A stretch of DNA of 64,000 bases from Octopus sinensis (GCF_006345805.1 NC_043008.1:7874001-7938000); one strand, 5' to 3'; positions 25,936 to 41,210 are shown, counted from the first letter of the stretch. Program-made: numbers and translations. Notes: a model not told the origin generated them from the letters alone.

Positions 25936-27847
25936 ATATATATGTATATATACTTACGCACATAATTTTATGTGTATTCGTGTATGTGTAACAAAAGAAA
26001 ACAAGTGATTCGTCATAAAATATTTAGTAACAACATTTTACGTACGTTTCATTAACAACATCTAGTATTGGATATTTAATGCAAAACGCATAATCAAAAT
26101 TCATTGTGAAGTCTTTAGAGATATATATCCTTTATACTTCTACTTCTAGCTGAAGGATCCATCATAGTGATAGCACGTGAGTGGTAAGATGAAAACCAGT
26201 ATAAAAGACATATCATGGAGGGAAAGAAAAAGAAGACAATTCTTCTAAAAAGGTAAAAAAAAAATGAAATGAGTTGACAAATGTCTGAATATATTATATA
26301 CACATTCATGAACCCTATAGTGTCTAACTTATTGTAAGAACTAATAGGAAAATACAAAAATTGCCATGCATTTCATAATGTATACAAACACACACTTAAT
26401 CAGATATACATATATTTGCATGTATGTATAAGCTCACTTTCACACCATAGTCTCACACACGCACATCCCTGTATGTTTGCAAATATAACTAATAGACATG
26501 TATATATATTTTTTGTGTATATTCCTCTATGATGTGTATTTTTCTGCCTGCGTTCGCTTGTCCTTTACATTTTGTATATGTTTATGTATGTCTTTATGCG
26601 TGTATGTGCTTTGTGTGTGTGTGTGTTAAGTGTGTAAATGTGTATACTTATGCATATGAGCTCCTGTGCGTGAATTTGAATGCACAAAAGTCGGTCCATA
26701 TAATCAAATTGCTTGGCGATATTGTATTCGTCTTAGACCCACTTAATTTCTTACCCGGGCAGAATATACTTTGCAATGATATAACTATTATCAAAAAAAA
26801 AAAATAAACATAAAAATAAGAAACAACAACACAAATATTTTCATATTCAGCTTCATAATGTAAAAATTATCTGCATGCATTCTACTCATAATCAGTGTAT
26901 ATTATTAATATGTATAAAACTAGAAAGCCTTATTTCTATCCGAAATATTCAAAAACAAACTCCATCCATGTATCGGAAAGAATAGATTGCCGTCTTTATG
27001 AAAGAGTGGATGTAATTGAAAACTCATTTGATGCATCGCTGAAGACCTCCGTTATTTCCATTTTTTATTCTATGTTTCTTGTCTAACTTTGCTGACAAAG
27101 GCTATGATTAATATATTGTATATATTCTGCATGAAGACATTAATTGAACCTTTCATTTCTTTATTTATTTCTTGATAATTTTCCAGAAATAATTATTTGA
27201 CCCACTTAACAGACTGTATGAAAATATTCGGAGTGATTTATGTGAGTTATCAACTTACTCTAAGCTCTGCGACACGGAGTTTAAGAGCTACTTGTTACGA
27301 ACGTAGTTCGGCACTTGACCCGAACCATTTTGGTCTTGTACAACTAATAATGCTACTAACAAAGGAGGGATGAAAATAAATGAATACGATAATAAGTTTT
27401 AGAAAATTTTAAATTGAAGATCCTTCGAAATTTTTTAAATGGAAAAAGTTTGGAATTTCTGCAATATAAAAATGTTCGTTTATAGAGCACTGAATGTTGA
27501 AATCAAAATATATCGCTCAATCAATATGCATTCACTAGTTTGGGTGAGCATGTGTCGCGAAGAAAGGATTTAACAATCCTCGTGAGCGCCGATTGAAAAA
27601 TGAGAAAAGATGGACGAATTTTAAAACGGAGAAGAGTAAGGTGAGGTATTTTACGGTGAAAGGAAATGATGCAAGCAACAGACATCATCGGTAGAAACGC
27701 CAAAGAAAGATTTCCATTGCGATTGTAATTCCCTTTGCACACTGAAAGAAAATGGATTGCAGGGAATTTGTGTGTATGTAGCAAAAGAAACCCTTTCCAC
27801 TTATAAATACAGGAGTGTTAAAATAATATTAAGGGAAATTAGGCTCT

Positions 27848-28062
27848 GAGCTGGCAGAAAAATTAACACGCCGGGCGAAGTGTTTAGCGATATTTCGTCT
27901 GTCTTTACGTTCTGAGTTGAAAATCCGCCAAGGCCGACTTTACTTTTCATCCTTTCGGGGTCCATAAATTAAGCACCATTTGCGTAGAGGAGTCGATGTA
28001 ATCAACTGCCCCACCCCTCTCCCCCAAACATTCTTGTCTTGTGCCTAGAGTAGAAAAGAATA
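27848..28062 (+). mobile_element. SINE (GAGCTGGCAGAA family)
   Basis: Matches the reverse complement of 13330-13551. Confidence 0.8.
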
Positions 28063-28189
28063 ATATTTGGGGAAATAAAAATCCATTCCAGTGCAGAAGA
28101 ATTGCAATCGAACCACTGCACAATTGCTTTATATCTAATATATAAGGGAACGGTGAGTAGATATCCGAATCTGTAACCCATATCCAGAT

Positions 28190-28700
28190 ACGTGCACAGG
28201 GAATGATAGTTGCAGTACGAGTACTCCTGATCAAAATAGAATCAAAGATATGTCATCAGTTTCTTGTCAGCTGTGCCACGAGAATCGGTTGCTATCTCTG
28301 TATGCTCTACCTTGTTGAATCCATGATGAATTTGCATAATTCATATGTATCGATTTTATTGTGAATCACTATATCTAGTGATTTGTGACTAACGTGGCAA
28401 CGCATCGGAATGTATCAGAAGCAGAAATTCTCTTTCACAGAGTCGCACATGATATACCAAAACTAAGAACAGTGGTCATGGTTGGAGAGTTTATACTTTT
28501 ACGTAAGATTTGCTCAATCAGTAATAAATATGATACAACAACTGATGCATCCACTGTATCACAACATACGACAGAGAAATGCTTCATATAACATCTGACT
28601 GTTCTAAACTCACCGACACGGAAGCTTCTTACAGCGGAAGAAAAATAAAGATCTATTCTAATACAGCATAGCATCAAAGTTACTGTCAGAAATCTAGGTA
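28190..28700 (+). mobile_element. Possible decayed LINE AP-endonuclease fragment
   Basis: VVMVGEF..CFI*HLTVLNSPTRKLL loosely resembles the GDFN...Q.V..PTR..LD motifs; highly degenerate. Confidence 0.25.
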
Positions 28701-29208
28701 TAGAGATGAATGAGACATTATTTGAAGGTAGACGAGTGGGAAAATATGTAGGGCCCGAAAGAAATATGAAAGTAAAATTGAAAAGACTCACAAAAAACGC
28801 GTACACAGATATATACATGCACACACAACAAAGCAAAATGCGCGCACACATATATTTTTGATACATATAAGTAGAACAAGAAATATCATGGGATTTTAAA
28901 TATATACGAGTTTTAACCGCACCTGTATGAGAATGCCAATGTATCCATTGATTTCTCATACCTGAAAATGAATAAGTATTCTAGTAAACAAATAGATTTT
29001 ATAGTGTAAAACTCCATGCACAATAAGGTGGTGGAGGTGAGTAGGCTTTCAGAAAACAATGGAAAATTTATAAGTGATTTAGCAGCAGCAATTATCTTCC
29101 AAGGAAATTGAAGTGAAAGAATCGCCGTCGCCATTTGAAATATGCCATAATATATGACAGGCTAGACATATAGTGCCATGCTAGACGACGACGAAATGAA
29201 GGAATATC

Positions 29209-29263
<55 letters not shown>
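29209..29263. repeat. (AGT)n microsatellite
   Basis: Directly visible. Confidence 0.95.
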
Positions 29264-29459
29264 AACACGATACGCCGTTATTTTGTGAGGAATGCAGGTG
29301 CAAATATTTTAATATAATTATAGATTTTAATAACAAATAAGTAAACGTCTACATGTGAGGAGGTATATATATATCTATATATATTATTTTTTCATGTATG
29401 CAATTTATATACATATACACATGAATATTCATATGCAAATATATGTGTATGTGAGTATG

Positions 29460-29490
<31 letters not shown>

Positions 29491-29492
29491 GT

Positions 29493-29833
29493 GAAGGCGC
29501 ATGGCTCAGTGGTTAGAGCGTCGAGCTTACGATCGTGAGATTGTGAGCTCGAATCCCGGACCGGGCTGCGTGTTGTGTTCTTGAGCAAAGCACTTTATTT
29601 CACGTTGCTCCAGTTCACTCAGCTGTAGAAATGAGTTGCGACGTCACAGGTGCCAAGCTGTATCGACCTTTGTCTTTCCCTTGGATAACACTGGTGGCGT
29701 GGAGAGGGGAGGCTGGTATGCATGGGCGACTGCTGGCCTTCCATAAACAACCTTGCCCGGACTTGTGTGTAGGAGGGTAACTTTCTAGGAGCAATCCCAT
29801 GGTCATTCATGACCGAAGGGGGTCTTTACCCTT
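29493..29833 (+). mobile_element. tRNA-derived SINE with LINE-like 3' tail
   Basis: tRNA-like head GAAGGCGCATGGCTCAGTGGTTAG..TCGAATCCC; central segment shared with the 7413 copy. Confidence 0.85.
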
Positions 29834-30051
29834 TATATATATTTGTATATATAGATGTATATACGTATATGTATATATATAGATAGATGTAGTGAAAGAG
29901 TAATACATACATATATACCTGGATGTGTATACTTGTAGGCAAGTGCGTACATTTCTTTCTATTCAAGTGATATAAGTGTTTGTGATTCTTATTTTATTTA
30001 GTAATTATTGAATATTTACGTAATTACGTATATCTATACATAACCGTACAC

Positions 30052-30108
<57 letters not shown>

Positions 30109-30229
30109 CATACATACTTCCTTGGAAATGGATGCGGGACGTTCAATTGAGTTATAATATATATATATATATACATATATGTGTGTGTGTGTACATATAT
30201 GTGTGAATGTCAGGTCACGTCACGTCAGG

Positions 30230-30373
30230 AATGTCTGGAATGTCTGCAATGTGAGGAATGAAAGGAATGTTTGGAATGTGTTGAATGCGTGGAATGTCTG
30301 GAATGTGTGGAATGTCTGGAATATGAGGAATGTGAGGGATGTGAGCAATGTCTGGAATGTCTTGAATGTCTGA
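30230..30373. repeat. 9-bp minisatellite, consensus AATGTCTGG x16
   Basis: Sixteen contiguous 9-mers with substitutions but no indels. Confidence 0.9.
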
Positions 30374-30599
30374 AATTCTGCTGACACGCCGCCATAATAT
30401 ATTGGTTTCAAATTTTGGCACACGAATAGCAACTCTTTTATTGGTTGAAGGACTACACAACTTCAATGTGCAATATATATTCTCACCTCTAGAAATATGA
30501 AACTTGAGAGTATCTCTACGCCTGCTCGGGATTCATACAAAGTGATGAAATTGTTCTGCAAGCAGACATTTAGAGCCCGATACATGCTTAAGTGTCGGT

Positions 30600-30830
30600 T
30601 TTGTCGAATACATCTTGTATACATGTGTAGCTCGGATCTACATATCGACTGAGGCCCTTGGAAAGTTAGTTCAACCGCATTTCATTTGACTGGAAATGGC
30701 AGCAAATGTTTCTCTCTCTGGGTCTCGAAAGAGATTGTGGATTAGATTCTAAAGTCTGAAGAGAGACATTTTCCTCTTCGGTCAAGCTCGCATCAGTCCT
30801 TATAAAGTTTTATTTGAATAAAGGATGTTA
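30600..30830 (-). mobile_element. Possible decayed Penelope-like ORF fragment
   Basis: SLTEEENVSLQTLESNP loosely resembles the LT.EE..AL..L..N segment upstream of Penelope-like reverse transcriptases. Confidence 0.25.
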
Positions 30831-33800
30831 AAGTAGGGAGGGTAGTGCTAAATTTCAGCAAATTTGTTGAAATTTGGGTGGACGTGGCAAGGTTGGTCTG
30901 AGTGAAGCAACCTATTCTAAGTATGCACTTGTAAATAGAAGATAAGGAGAAGGCACTTGCGCTAGTTGCCAGGGTGCTTGTAGCTTTATGGGATTACGAG
31001 GAACAGTTCCAATACGTCTCTACTTTTCGGTGAGTAAGTTATTCATTTTTGAAATTGTAATTTTTACTCGCTCCTTAATGTAACCCCACATTGTATAGTC
31101 CTGTAATGTCTCCGATGCTTTCTGTGAACCCTTAGCTGATAATAACGGAATCTTTGTTGTTGATACTTTTGTTGTTGTTGTTGTTGTTGTGTCACACGCA
31201 AACATACAAAATCAGTTCCTACGTTGATTTGTGACATTTAAAGACACAAAATATATACTTTTCATATATTTTATCCAAAATCATATTATTGAATTTGAAT
31301 ATATATATTTGACATAACTCGTATAGGGTTTTGGAAAACACATGTTTTCGTTTAGAAATTGCAGGTTTGTGTAATATCAAACCGCTCGAAAGGGGAACGT
31401 TTTGATAAGAATCAATCACATCACCTTGGCTCTTAACGCTCTGGAAATATCGGTTTCTCTACAGACAAGGCAGAACCAGCATCTATACTTCTATCTGTGC
31501 GACTGAATTTTCGCGCGTGTGTATATGTGTTTTTATGTGTCTTTTGAGAAGTATAACCACACAGCTATGCGTTAGTCACATGCAAAGTAATCATTCTTCT
31601 TCTCGAGTGCTTTCACTATCCGAAGTTTAGGTTGCCTCAGCATCTTCGGTATAAATTATCCAAAATAACTTTTCAGTGCAGCATTTAGAAATATATGAGT
31701 TAGAGTTAAGCTAGAAAAATATCATTAGACAGAGATATTTCCCTTGTCATGTTTGTAGAATGCAATGAGACAAGTAAAAATATATTGTTTCATAGCGAAC
31801 ATAACATTTGCTTTATCGACAGGAAAAGAATTGTCAAAATAATACGTGTTTTAAAATTTTGTATGATTTATTGTAAACAACGTATGATTTATATGTGTAA
31901 ATAAACAAAAATTATGCAGACCGAGTTGCTTCCATGTAATCGTATTGAGTATGCTTTTAGTTAAATAACTTCCATTAGTGAAAATCTGGTAACAATAAAA
32001 ACAGCGGTGAAATGTAGCTTCAAATTATAAAATTTATAAATATAATGCTGATGTTACTTTCAATTGTACATCAAATTCAAAATGAATTGATAATTAAAGC
32101 AAATACTTCGTATATATTTTAAATTGATGCCTTTCCATTCTCGTTAGTAATTGCGGCAAATTTAATTTCTCACCAGGCATGTATTGCATTTCAAGATACA
32201 TCTAGAGTTATGAAATCATTGAAAATACTTACAACACACCACTGCGCATGGTTTCTTCCAATTCATCAAACTTTTCACTAATATTTTAATAATAGATATT
32301 ACATAAGGATAAGAAGGTTTTCTGAAGAATATCGTTAATAAATTCCTTTTTATTAACGAATCATTAATATCGTGTATAAACTAGAGAGAAACTTAATTTT
32401 AATTGATTCGTTAATATGGATGTATGTGCGTGATATTTTCCTAACGTCGTAGAAGTTAAGGATTTTCATCGCTAAATGGTTAAATAAATTAATCTTTTTT
32501 CAAAAATGAAGAGCAGCGATTAATGTTTCCTGCTATTATTAAAGTTGGAGGATTCACTACTTATTCCGTTCGTGTTGTGCAAATTTAATTTCGGTGATGT
32601 GGAGATTTATTGTTAGCAAAACTACTAACAATATAATGTAATCGCAATACAAGGTCATTTCTTTGTTAAAGCGAAATAGAGAGGGGTGTTGTGCGTCGAA
32701 ACTCGGGGGGAAATATTTGCGGAGAATTTCCAAATATGGCTAAATTTGTGAAGAATTTTGATTGATTCAAAAGAATCATAGCATTATTGAAGCCATGTTT
32801 GTTATGTAAAATCTCTGCGAGGAATTGAATAAAGTGTATAATATCCTGAATAAACATAATATGAGTTGGGTCCATGAGCGCTCCCAAGGCTTCAGCATCC
32901 ATGCCAGGCGCCAAATATTTTACTTAAACAGTTATAAAAATTTCTAACTGTAAATGTTAGGGAATTAATTTTATCAATGATACACTTATTGTTCCATCAT
33001 TCCGAGTTAGTTACCTTTCAAAAGGCTCGTTACATATCACCTCTACACTAGCTCTGGTGATTCACACGCAAGATTCTACATATTCCCGGCATGAACATTG
33101 AAGTGGAGGACGTAGAGAAGCTGCTTATATTAAAACGTGGGAGACCATCACATCATTCTACCTTAGCTTTGTTACAATTTGAAACATGTTTGAATTTGAA
33201 ACGTAATAAACTGAATATTTTTAGCATGAAGCGAAAAGACACATTGTTATTGATTTTATGGCTGTTGTTGTTGTTGTTACCTCGTTCACTTGTTCTATTA
33301 TGGCAGTTTCATTACAGTCTACCTTCAATACTCACCTATGATTTGTTCGCCTTGTGTATATGTGTATATTTTTGCGCATGCTTTGTACATGCATACTTTC
33401 GTGCATGTTTTGAAACTGAAATATCGTAGTTTGTGCTTCTTCCCAGTTAGGCTGTTTTCTCAGTTATTTTAAATTTATTAAACGTAATTAAACGTAATTT
33501 ATTAAACGTAATTATGCATGCAAAATGTTATATATATATATATATATAAATTTCTTTGTTCAGTTTATTATATTCTCTTACAGAATGTTACCATTAGTCG
33601 TTTACCAATAGCCCGTTACAGCAGAAACTAAATCAACCAATTCCACATACCTTGTCCACCGTTTGGTTGTCGCACATAAACGATGTAATTGTTTGAGTTT
33701 GTCCAGGAATATTTTATGAAGTTACTTTACAAACACATTGGCGGTATAATACTCATGTATTTTTGTTTTTCTAGTATAACATATTTTGACGAATATAAAA

Positions 33801-36800
33801 ATCAAAAACTGATAATCATAAATTATCAGTGAATGTACAAAAGTATTGTTGCTTTATTCTGGTCTGCATTCAGAAAAGATTAATCTAATGTGCATAAGAT
33901 ATTCTTCCTAAACTTTATTTTCCTTTGTCTGTATTGTAGTCCATCTAGATTATATATTCCGAAGTATTTTTAAAATGTCTGTAGCAATGCCTTTATCTTT
34001 ATCTTTTCATCTCATATATCATGAGTCTTCTGAATTTTGTTAATTTTTCTCTCTTCAAGTTTGTTTTGTGCATTTATTCTCTTTATAATCTCATATAAAT
34101 GTCTCTATTAAAATTGTTTACTGCGTTTTTTGTCGATTTGTTTGCAGCGTGTAATTTGATGAGGTTCATATAAAAATAATGCTTGAAGAATTTGTTTCTG
34201 ATTTCACCAACGTTTTAAATTTCTGTTATAAGCGTTGTCTCAATTATTATTTCTCTTATTCAGCTTATTAAATTCCTATGGATCTGTAGTATTTTTCGCC
34301 AAGCCCTAAACAAACATTAAATGTATCTAATTATCATTAGTGGTAAGTTCCCCAGGGTCCATATATCCAAGATTCACGTGAAGCTTAACTGTTTAACGAT
34401 TCCTGGCAATCAATCCATTTAATGGTCAGCATATTCTTCTCATTCTTCAAGTTTTGACTTTGGAATTATTTAACACGAATGGACATTTATGTCCATATAT
34501 TGTTACTAGATTGGCTCAAATAAGTTTTCCTCAATTCTCTATTAGATTAAACAAAGTGCTTTTTAACTTCGAGTCATTTTCTGTTTTGATTCATTGGCAG
34601 TTAACACACGAATCTTGAGTGTTGAGTGTCTCATAAATGGTTTTACTTATTAACGCCAACAAATGAATAATATGCTAAACTGCTTCTCTATATTAACGTC
34701 CAATGCATATAGTGGCATACATTCCAAAAATTGTTGCCAGATCGAGATATTGAAGCCTGGAAGCAAAGTCACAGAAAACATTACTAAAGAGCATATAGAT
34801 TAACATTCTTCAAATTTATCGGCGTCCCTTTTTCCTTATAACAATTAGCGAATTTGAATGTCTACACGTAATCGATTTTCCAATCGAATCAAGAAAAAGA
34901 TAAACGGAAACGAAATACACGTTTCGCATTTGCTCCTACCTACTTTACTATTTTTCTTTCTTCTAGTAAAAAAAAATGCATGTCGACCGGACAATTATAT
35001 TTTGGATAAAATTTCAAAAAAAGCAAACCATTTTCAAATTGTTTAAAGCAAGAAAATATCACTTTCCCGGTGTATCTTATCCTAGAGAGGAGGAAAAGCT
35101 AACTAACGTGCCTCTCTTTTTAGGGAATGTCAAGATTTTCCATCTCTCTTCCAACTAGCACCTGAAAATAAGTACTTTACCGACAGGCATACACACAAAA
35201 ATAGGAGAAATATAGATTTAAGCCTTACGTGAAAATGTACTATATTTACATAACCAAGTACTCAGGAAAAAGAACTTAGGCTGCATTACAGAAACGTGGT
35301 TCCCCCTACACATTTAATCCCAAGTTTTGAGACCAAAAAATACGAACTTAAGTGTCAGGAATATCAATTAGAATGCTGAATAAAGTCTTGTCACCTTCCA
35401 ATCTTCCAATGAGCAAATAGTTCAGGTATGGATATCTAGAGACAGCATGTAGTTCAGAAAAGTCAAGAAGAGAAACTTCACTTTCTTTCTTAATAAAAAG
35501 CATAGAGCAGCTGCTGCATATAGTAGTCAAATATTTAGCTATCACCTTAATAGAGCCCAATTACCTTTCCTTGATTTGCCTAGGAACATCCCAAAGTACA
35601 TTAGAAGACATGAAATAAATTTAGATATAATAATTGAGGCTGCAATCAATTTGTAAGTACATTTTTTTCTATGTGGTGATAATAGAAGGAGAAAATGTCA
35701 TAACAAATTCTATTATAGTTTTATAAACGTTTCTCAAGGAAGCCGTATGCTATTTCGTCCCATCCTCTAATAAAATATGTACATCAGTTGCCACTTACAT
35801 CTTCCTCTGCCAATCAACAGCTGGTGGTCAACCACTATATAAGATGAATGTAGCTTTCGTTTTTGTGGATAACACAATTTGCATATGAGTTATATTAAAG
35901 GCTCCTCACTAATTGTTTAATAATATGTTTTTGTACACCACACAACCTAAACAAGAAGATTCGAAACCAAGATTTTTTTTGCACATCTACTGAGGCTCTC
36001 TGGTTTTTCATTTTCTCTTTTTCTTTTCGTTTGTGTTTTGGTTCTTCTGATTTACGCTGTGCTTTGCATAAAATAGACATATTTTAAAATCTTAATAATA
36101 ATTTGCACACAAACCTTGTCAAACTAGTAGATATTACTTTGGATTAATGTATATTTTTCCTGTAACATACATATTTTGGATCGCATAAAATATACTAATG
36201 ATATTGATTTTGTACTGAAAATATCAAGTACTGTAGTGGAAAAGAATAAAATTGTGTGAGTTTTATTACCTTACAAAGGGAACTAGCAACGTGGATAATG
36301 TTATGCAAGTTCTTGTGTCTATAATCATGGAAACATCAGCTTAAGTTTGTTGTTTATACTTCACCGATTATTCTCTGACGATTCAATGACAGGCAACAAT
36401 TTATAGTTCAAGATTTTATAAGCATTTCTAGGTCTACTAAACTTACACGTTCCCTTGTGGCCACACATCATCATACGATATAATTTCAGATCACATATTT
36501 GAAAAGACTAAATGCCACTTATTAATCTTGCACACTGATTGATTTGGAAAGCAGGGACAGCTGAATGTATGTCCATATAAGAAGATACTGCAACAAGGGA
36601 AAACATCGGCCATTTCTGTGTGTCAGATTATTTCGTTCAAACATCACTTGATATGTTACGAGGGAGAAAATATCAAATAAAAATAAAATATTCTGAAAGA
36701 CGGAAGGGGATTCCGTATTATCATACGATCACATATCCGTTTAGACTTTCCAGTTATTTCTAGAACCCGCATTCGCCTATCAACGACATGTCAACACTCG

Positions 36801-38530
36801 ATAGCACACCATTCATATTTCTATATCCTTCACAGCATATATGAGTATATACAGACATGGACACACAGAAATGCGTTCACATACACGTACTAATACTCTC
36901 TCACACAAATACAGTGGGCGAGTGTATGTCAGTGAATTATTTGTGTAGTTGCCAAAACTTATGACTTCGATTGAATGCAAATATGCTTACTTATAACATT
37001 TCAGAAATAACTTGTTAGACACTTGTGTATTTGATATTCTGTCGTATACTTGAGGTCATGTTCTCGTATTTTCCACAAAATCTGATGTACTGTATAATTA
37101 GCGCAATGTCGTTTATTTCGAGCACTAAGGTTAGGGCTAAACGTGATGGAGAAAGACACAACTATGGCACTTGGCAATGTACAGCTCATAAGAAAATGGA
37201 ATCAAAAATTACGCTGAACACGTTTATACTTATTTGCATATATCAGCAACAAAACATCTTAAATATTGAGGTCATCGAACCACATTACTGACCTTTGTAG
37301 AGAGTTTTCTGTTAGAGAGGTTTCATTTTGGTTATTTAAATTTAAAAGATTGTAAAATTAATTCTTCCCGATATTTAATTTCATATGACTGTAATGATAA
37401 CCATTATATCCTGGATGTCTCTCGAAATATTTTGTTATTGGAATAAGTGTTTGAGGAGTACGGTTCAATTTCTCAGTTCTATCAAAACTGAATGTGTCAA
37501 TAGTAAAAGAAGCCAACATGAAATCATTCGAAGGATAAAATTGTAATTACTAGCATCGAAACGGCACAGATGTAGGAAATAGAATTTATGGTGCAATATG
37601 CTACGTGTCAAATCTATCTGAATACCAATCTTCTTGACCTCAGTTTCTCTTTATCCTATTTCAACTCCTGCGAATTTCTACTTGAATTTGTCTTGTACAC
37701 GACGAAGGGTATATCACAATCGTTCTATTTTTACCTTAGAAATTTCATTCTATGAGAAAGCCCTACTGCCTTCTTCCGATGTTCCACTTCTGTCGGATCC
37801 TTTGCACTATGAGCTCTCCCATGTTTCTGGCATTATTTTTTCCACCTTTTAGTGCTGTAATTCCCATGTTCTAAACGTCCGTGACACATTACGCCAAGAG
37901 TCCCTTGCTCGTTTCCAGTATGTTTCTGCTCCCTTCACACCTGACCTTTCTTCGTTTCGTTCAAACCACTGAATGAAGTTTAAGAAAGCAATCACATTAT
38001 TACGATTGTGACATTCAGTTATTTGACATCCTCAAGATATTTATTCCTCTTGGATGCACCTACTCTTCTAAAGATTGTTAGATCAGTCACTAACATATAT
38101 TCACTCCAGCTACCATGATTTGTTTCAGCTGTCACAACACCTTGAAATTTGAAATACCTGCATCGTGGAATCATATGTACGTATATGGAGGTATGTTTGT
38201 GGTAAGGTGCAATAATCAGTGTATAATAATTAACTTATTATAATCGACACCGCTATGGCTGACGTAATTGCCTTCCGATTGGGTACATTTCTTGAAGATT
38301 ACATGATACGGTCAGTAGGGAAAATTCCAAAGCCGGGTTATTCCCAGTAGCTATAAATTATTGGAAGAAACAATATTGATTTCACAGATGCAATTCTCTA
38401 ATGATATGGTAAAATTGTAGTATCGATTTTTTGGTGGGTAGACACCATTTATCGAATTTTTGATAGTTTGAGTTTTATATTTAAAATTAGAATACAAAAG
38501 AAAGATCTTAATCATAATTATTCCCTTCAG

Positions 38531-38687
38531 TATTCAGAAGGGAATTTTCATAGATAAATGTTCATTAAGTTTCCTTGGAATATTCTTTAACTCTTTAAAC
38601 AATGATACATGGGGTGGAACATTGGATAAATTTCTGAATGAACTATCACCACACGACATTTTAGCGACGGGAAATTCGAAAATAATA
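38531..38687 (+). CDS. Candidate internal coding exon, unknown
   Basis: TTATTCCCTTCAG acceptor, open frame IQKGIFIDKCSLSFLGIFFNSLNNDTWGGTLDKFLNELSPHDILATGNSKII, then a GTAAGT donor at 38688. Confidence 0.3.
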
Positions 38688-39639
38688 GTAAGTAATCTCA
38701 TTAATGATAACTGAACAACAGACAAGAGCTATATTACGTTAGTACCTATTAAATGTGCGCAAATTTGATATTATTAAGAACTTTATGGCCTAAACAATCA
38801 AACCTAGCTTTGTAACGATGAAGTAGTGTCTCTTAAAATGACTCATGTTCCATTATTTGTTTTGTACGCTTTGTACATTAAGGGACAAGAAGGCCAATTT
38901 TATTCCAGTAACATTTGCACAGAAAAACACTATTCAGTTCAAATCGTCCTGAATTTGAACTGCGAATCATATTGTTCTTTGCTGAAGCATACCTACTAAG
39001 CAACTATCGCAGAATTGCTATTAATATTTTTCCGAACCCAACATGATACCTCTCAATAAATTCAATTAAATATGTGGTGATTATTCTAAAGATTATTTAA
39101 TAAATATATTGACCAAAGCTGTCAGAAGGCATTTTAGACTATTTAGAAAAATACCCATCAATTATGTGCTTAATAAATTTGGAACAAGAGAGCAATATCA
39201 TTGAATATCTCGCCGATATATGGACTATAATGTTTAATTAGATGGAATCAATATATATTTGTACATAGAGATATTTAAAAATATCGGACAAATATAGAGC
39301 ACTGACAATAAATTGAATTTGCTCTTAGTTCCATGTTGGAATTCTATGAATATCGATATTTTGCTGTCTATACATAACTTCCATAAAATATGTACGGCTA
39401 AGTTTATAGTAAATAATCAATCGTTACTGACTGATTTGAAACATATTTACGACGTCGTATCTTCTTAACAAACAAGTGATTTAAGTAATTTATCATATCA
39501 GTAGTAACATCGCAGATATCATGGTTATCAACGGTTTTCGTTGGAGCAATAATCTGGAAAGAAGTATGAAAGTTATGTTTCTGAGCCCATATAAGAAACC
39601 AAAACTTTAAGTCCTCTAAAGTAACGATCAAAGAACACT

Positions 39640-39684
<45 letters not shown>

Positions 39685-40718
39685 CATATATATGTTTCAC
39701 AGTTGTGTTTATATCATAACACCTTTGTGGATAGTTTAAGCTTTGACCTAATTCATTTGGTTAACGTAGAATTTTCGAATCAAGACACAATATAAAGTTC
39801 CTTATTGTTCAAATTATATTAGAATTTATTCAACAATTGACATGGTTGCAAGTTACATTTAACTCATAGGTTTGACTCACATGCGCTTTATATTATACTT
39901 AATTTTATTTATCTCTATCCGTTCCTTTTCACTTCATATTGAAATTAATGTTTTATATTCTGGACAGCTCCTGATATATGTTTCACAGTATATTTAAATC
40001 TATTCGTATTTTGAATTTCGAATTCCTTTGCTTTAAGTTATATATCACTGCCTAAGAATTATTATGTCTTCGATTTCTCTATGTGATTCAAAGCATATCT
40101 GTAAGTTTAATCTTATTAATGCTTTCTCGTATGGAAAGATGTGCAAACAATATTTAATCTATTGTAAACATAACTTCATTTTATGTATGGAGATGTTATT
40201 TACAGATCATTCAGCAAACATAACGGGTGTTTATTATCTAGCAGGGCTTCCAATTGTGATTTAGCTTTTGATGTAATTCTATAATATTAATAATTCATAA
40301 AACCAAAATATTCCCCACTTCCCACTCAAGCATTCTAAGTATATTAACAATTGAATAAAAAAAAAACTACTGAATACTATCGGTAAATAATAATGGAAAA
40401 ATGTGAATTTGCCCTTCTGCAAAACATCTTGCAACTCAATGCATCTAATTTCCGGCAAGTTCAACAGCAACTTAAAAACGATAAAAAAAAATAAAATTTG
40501 CTAATCCCGCTGATATGCAAATTGCCTCCCAAATTCCGATTCTGAATAATCCATTATATTTTGTTTAGATTAAAGCTGAGTGGGTTGTTAGGAAAATAGG
40601 GGTAAGACACATATAAGAAATGCGTCACAACAGCCGCCACATCAGAAGCCCCAATTTCTGTTTTTTTCTTCAACTGCAGTTAGTACTACAATGAATAATT
40701 GTATATATGTAAATATAT

Positions 40719-41128
40719 ACTCTTTTACTCTTTTTGTTTCAGTCATTTGACTGTGGCCATGCTGGAGCACCGCCTTTAGTCGAGCAAATCGACCCCGGGA
40801 CTTATTCTTTGTAAGCCCAGTACTTATTCTATCAGTCACTTTTGCCGAACCGCTAAGTGACGGGGACGTAAACACACCAGCATCGGTTGTCAAGCAATGC
40901 TAGGGGGACAAACACAGGCACACAAACACACACACATACACACACATATATATATACATATATACGACAGGCTTCTTTCAGTTTCCATCTACCAAATCCA
41001 CTCACAAGGCATTGGTCGGCCCGGGGCTATAGCAGAAGACACTTGCCCAAGATGCCACGCAGTGGGACTGAACCCGGAACCATGTGGTTGGTTACCAAGC
41101 TACTTACCACACAGTCACTCCTGCGCCT
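40719..41128 (-). mobile_element. Full-length SINE (8997 family)
   Basis: Closely matching reverse complement of the 8997 copy. Confidence 0.9.
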
Positions 41129-41164
41129 ATATATATATATATTATATATATATATATAATATAT

Positions 41165-41206
<42 letters not shown>

Positions 41207-41210
41207 TATC

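Noticed and set aside
30230-30373. CRISPR-like or bacterial His-Xaa-Ser system interpretation of the 9-bp repeat
   Set aside because: There are no spacers, cas genes or radical SAM genes, and the context is eukaryotic.
35270-35310. CITETWF motif resembling a LINE endonuclease
   Set aside because: An isolated 7-residue match; the following motifs are not recognisable.
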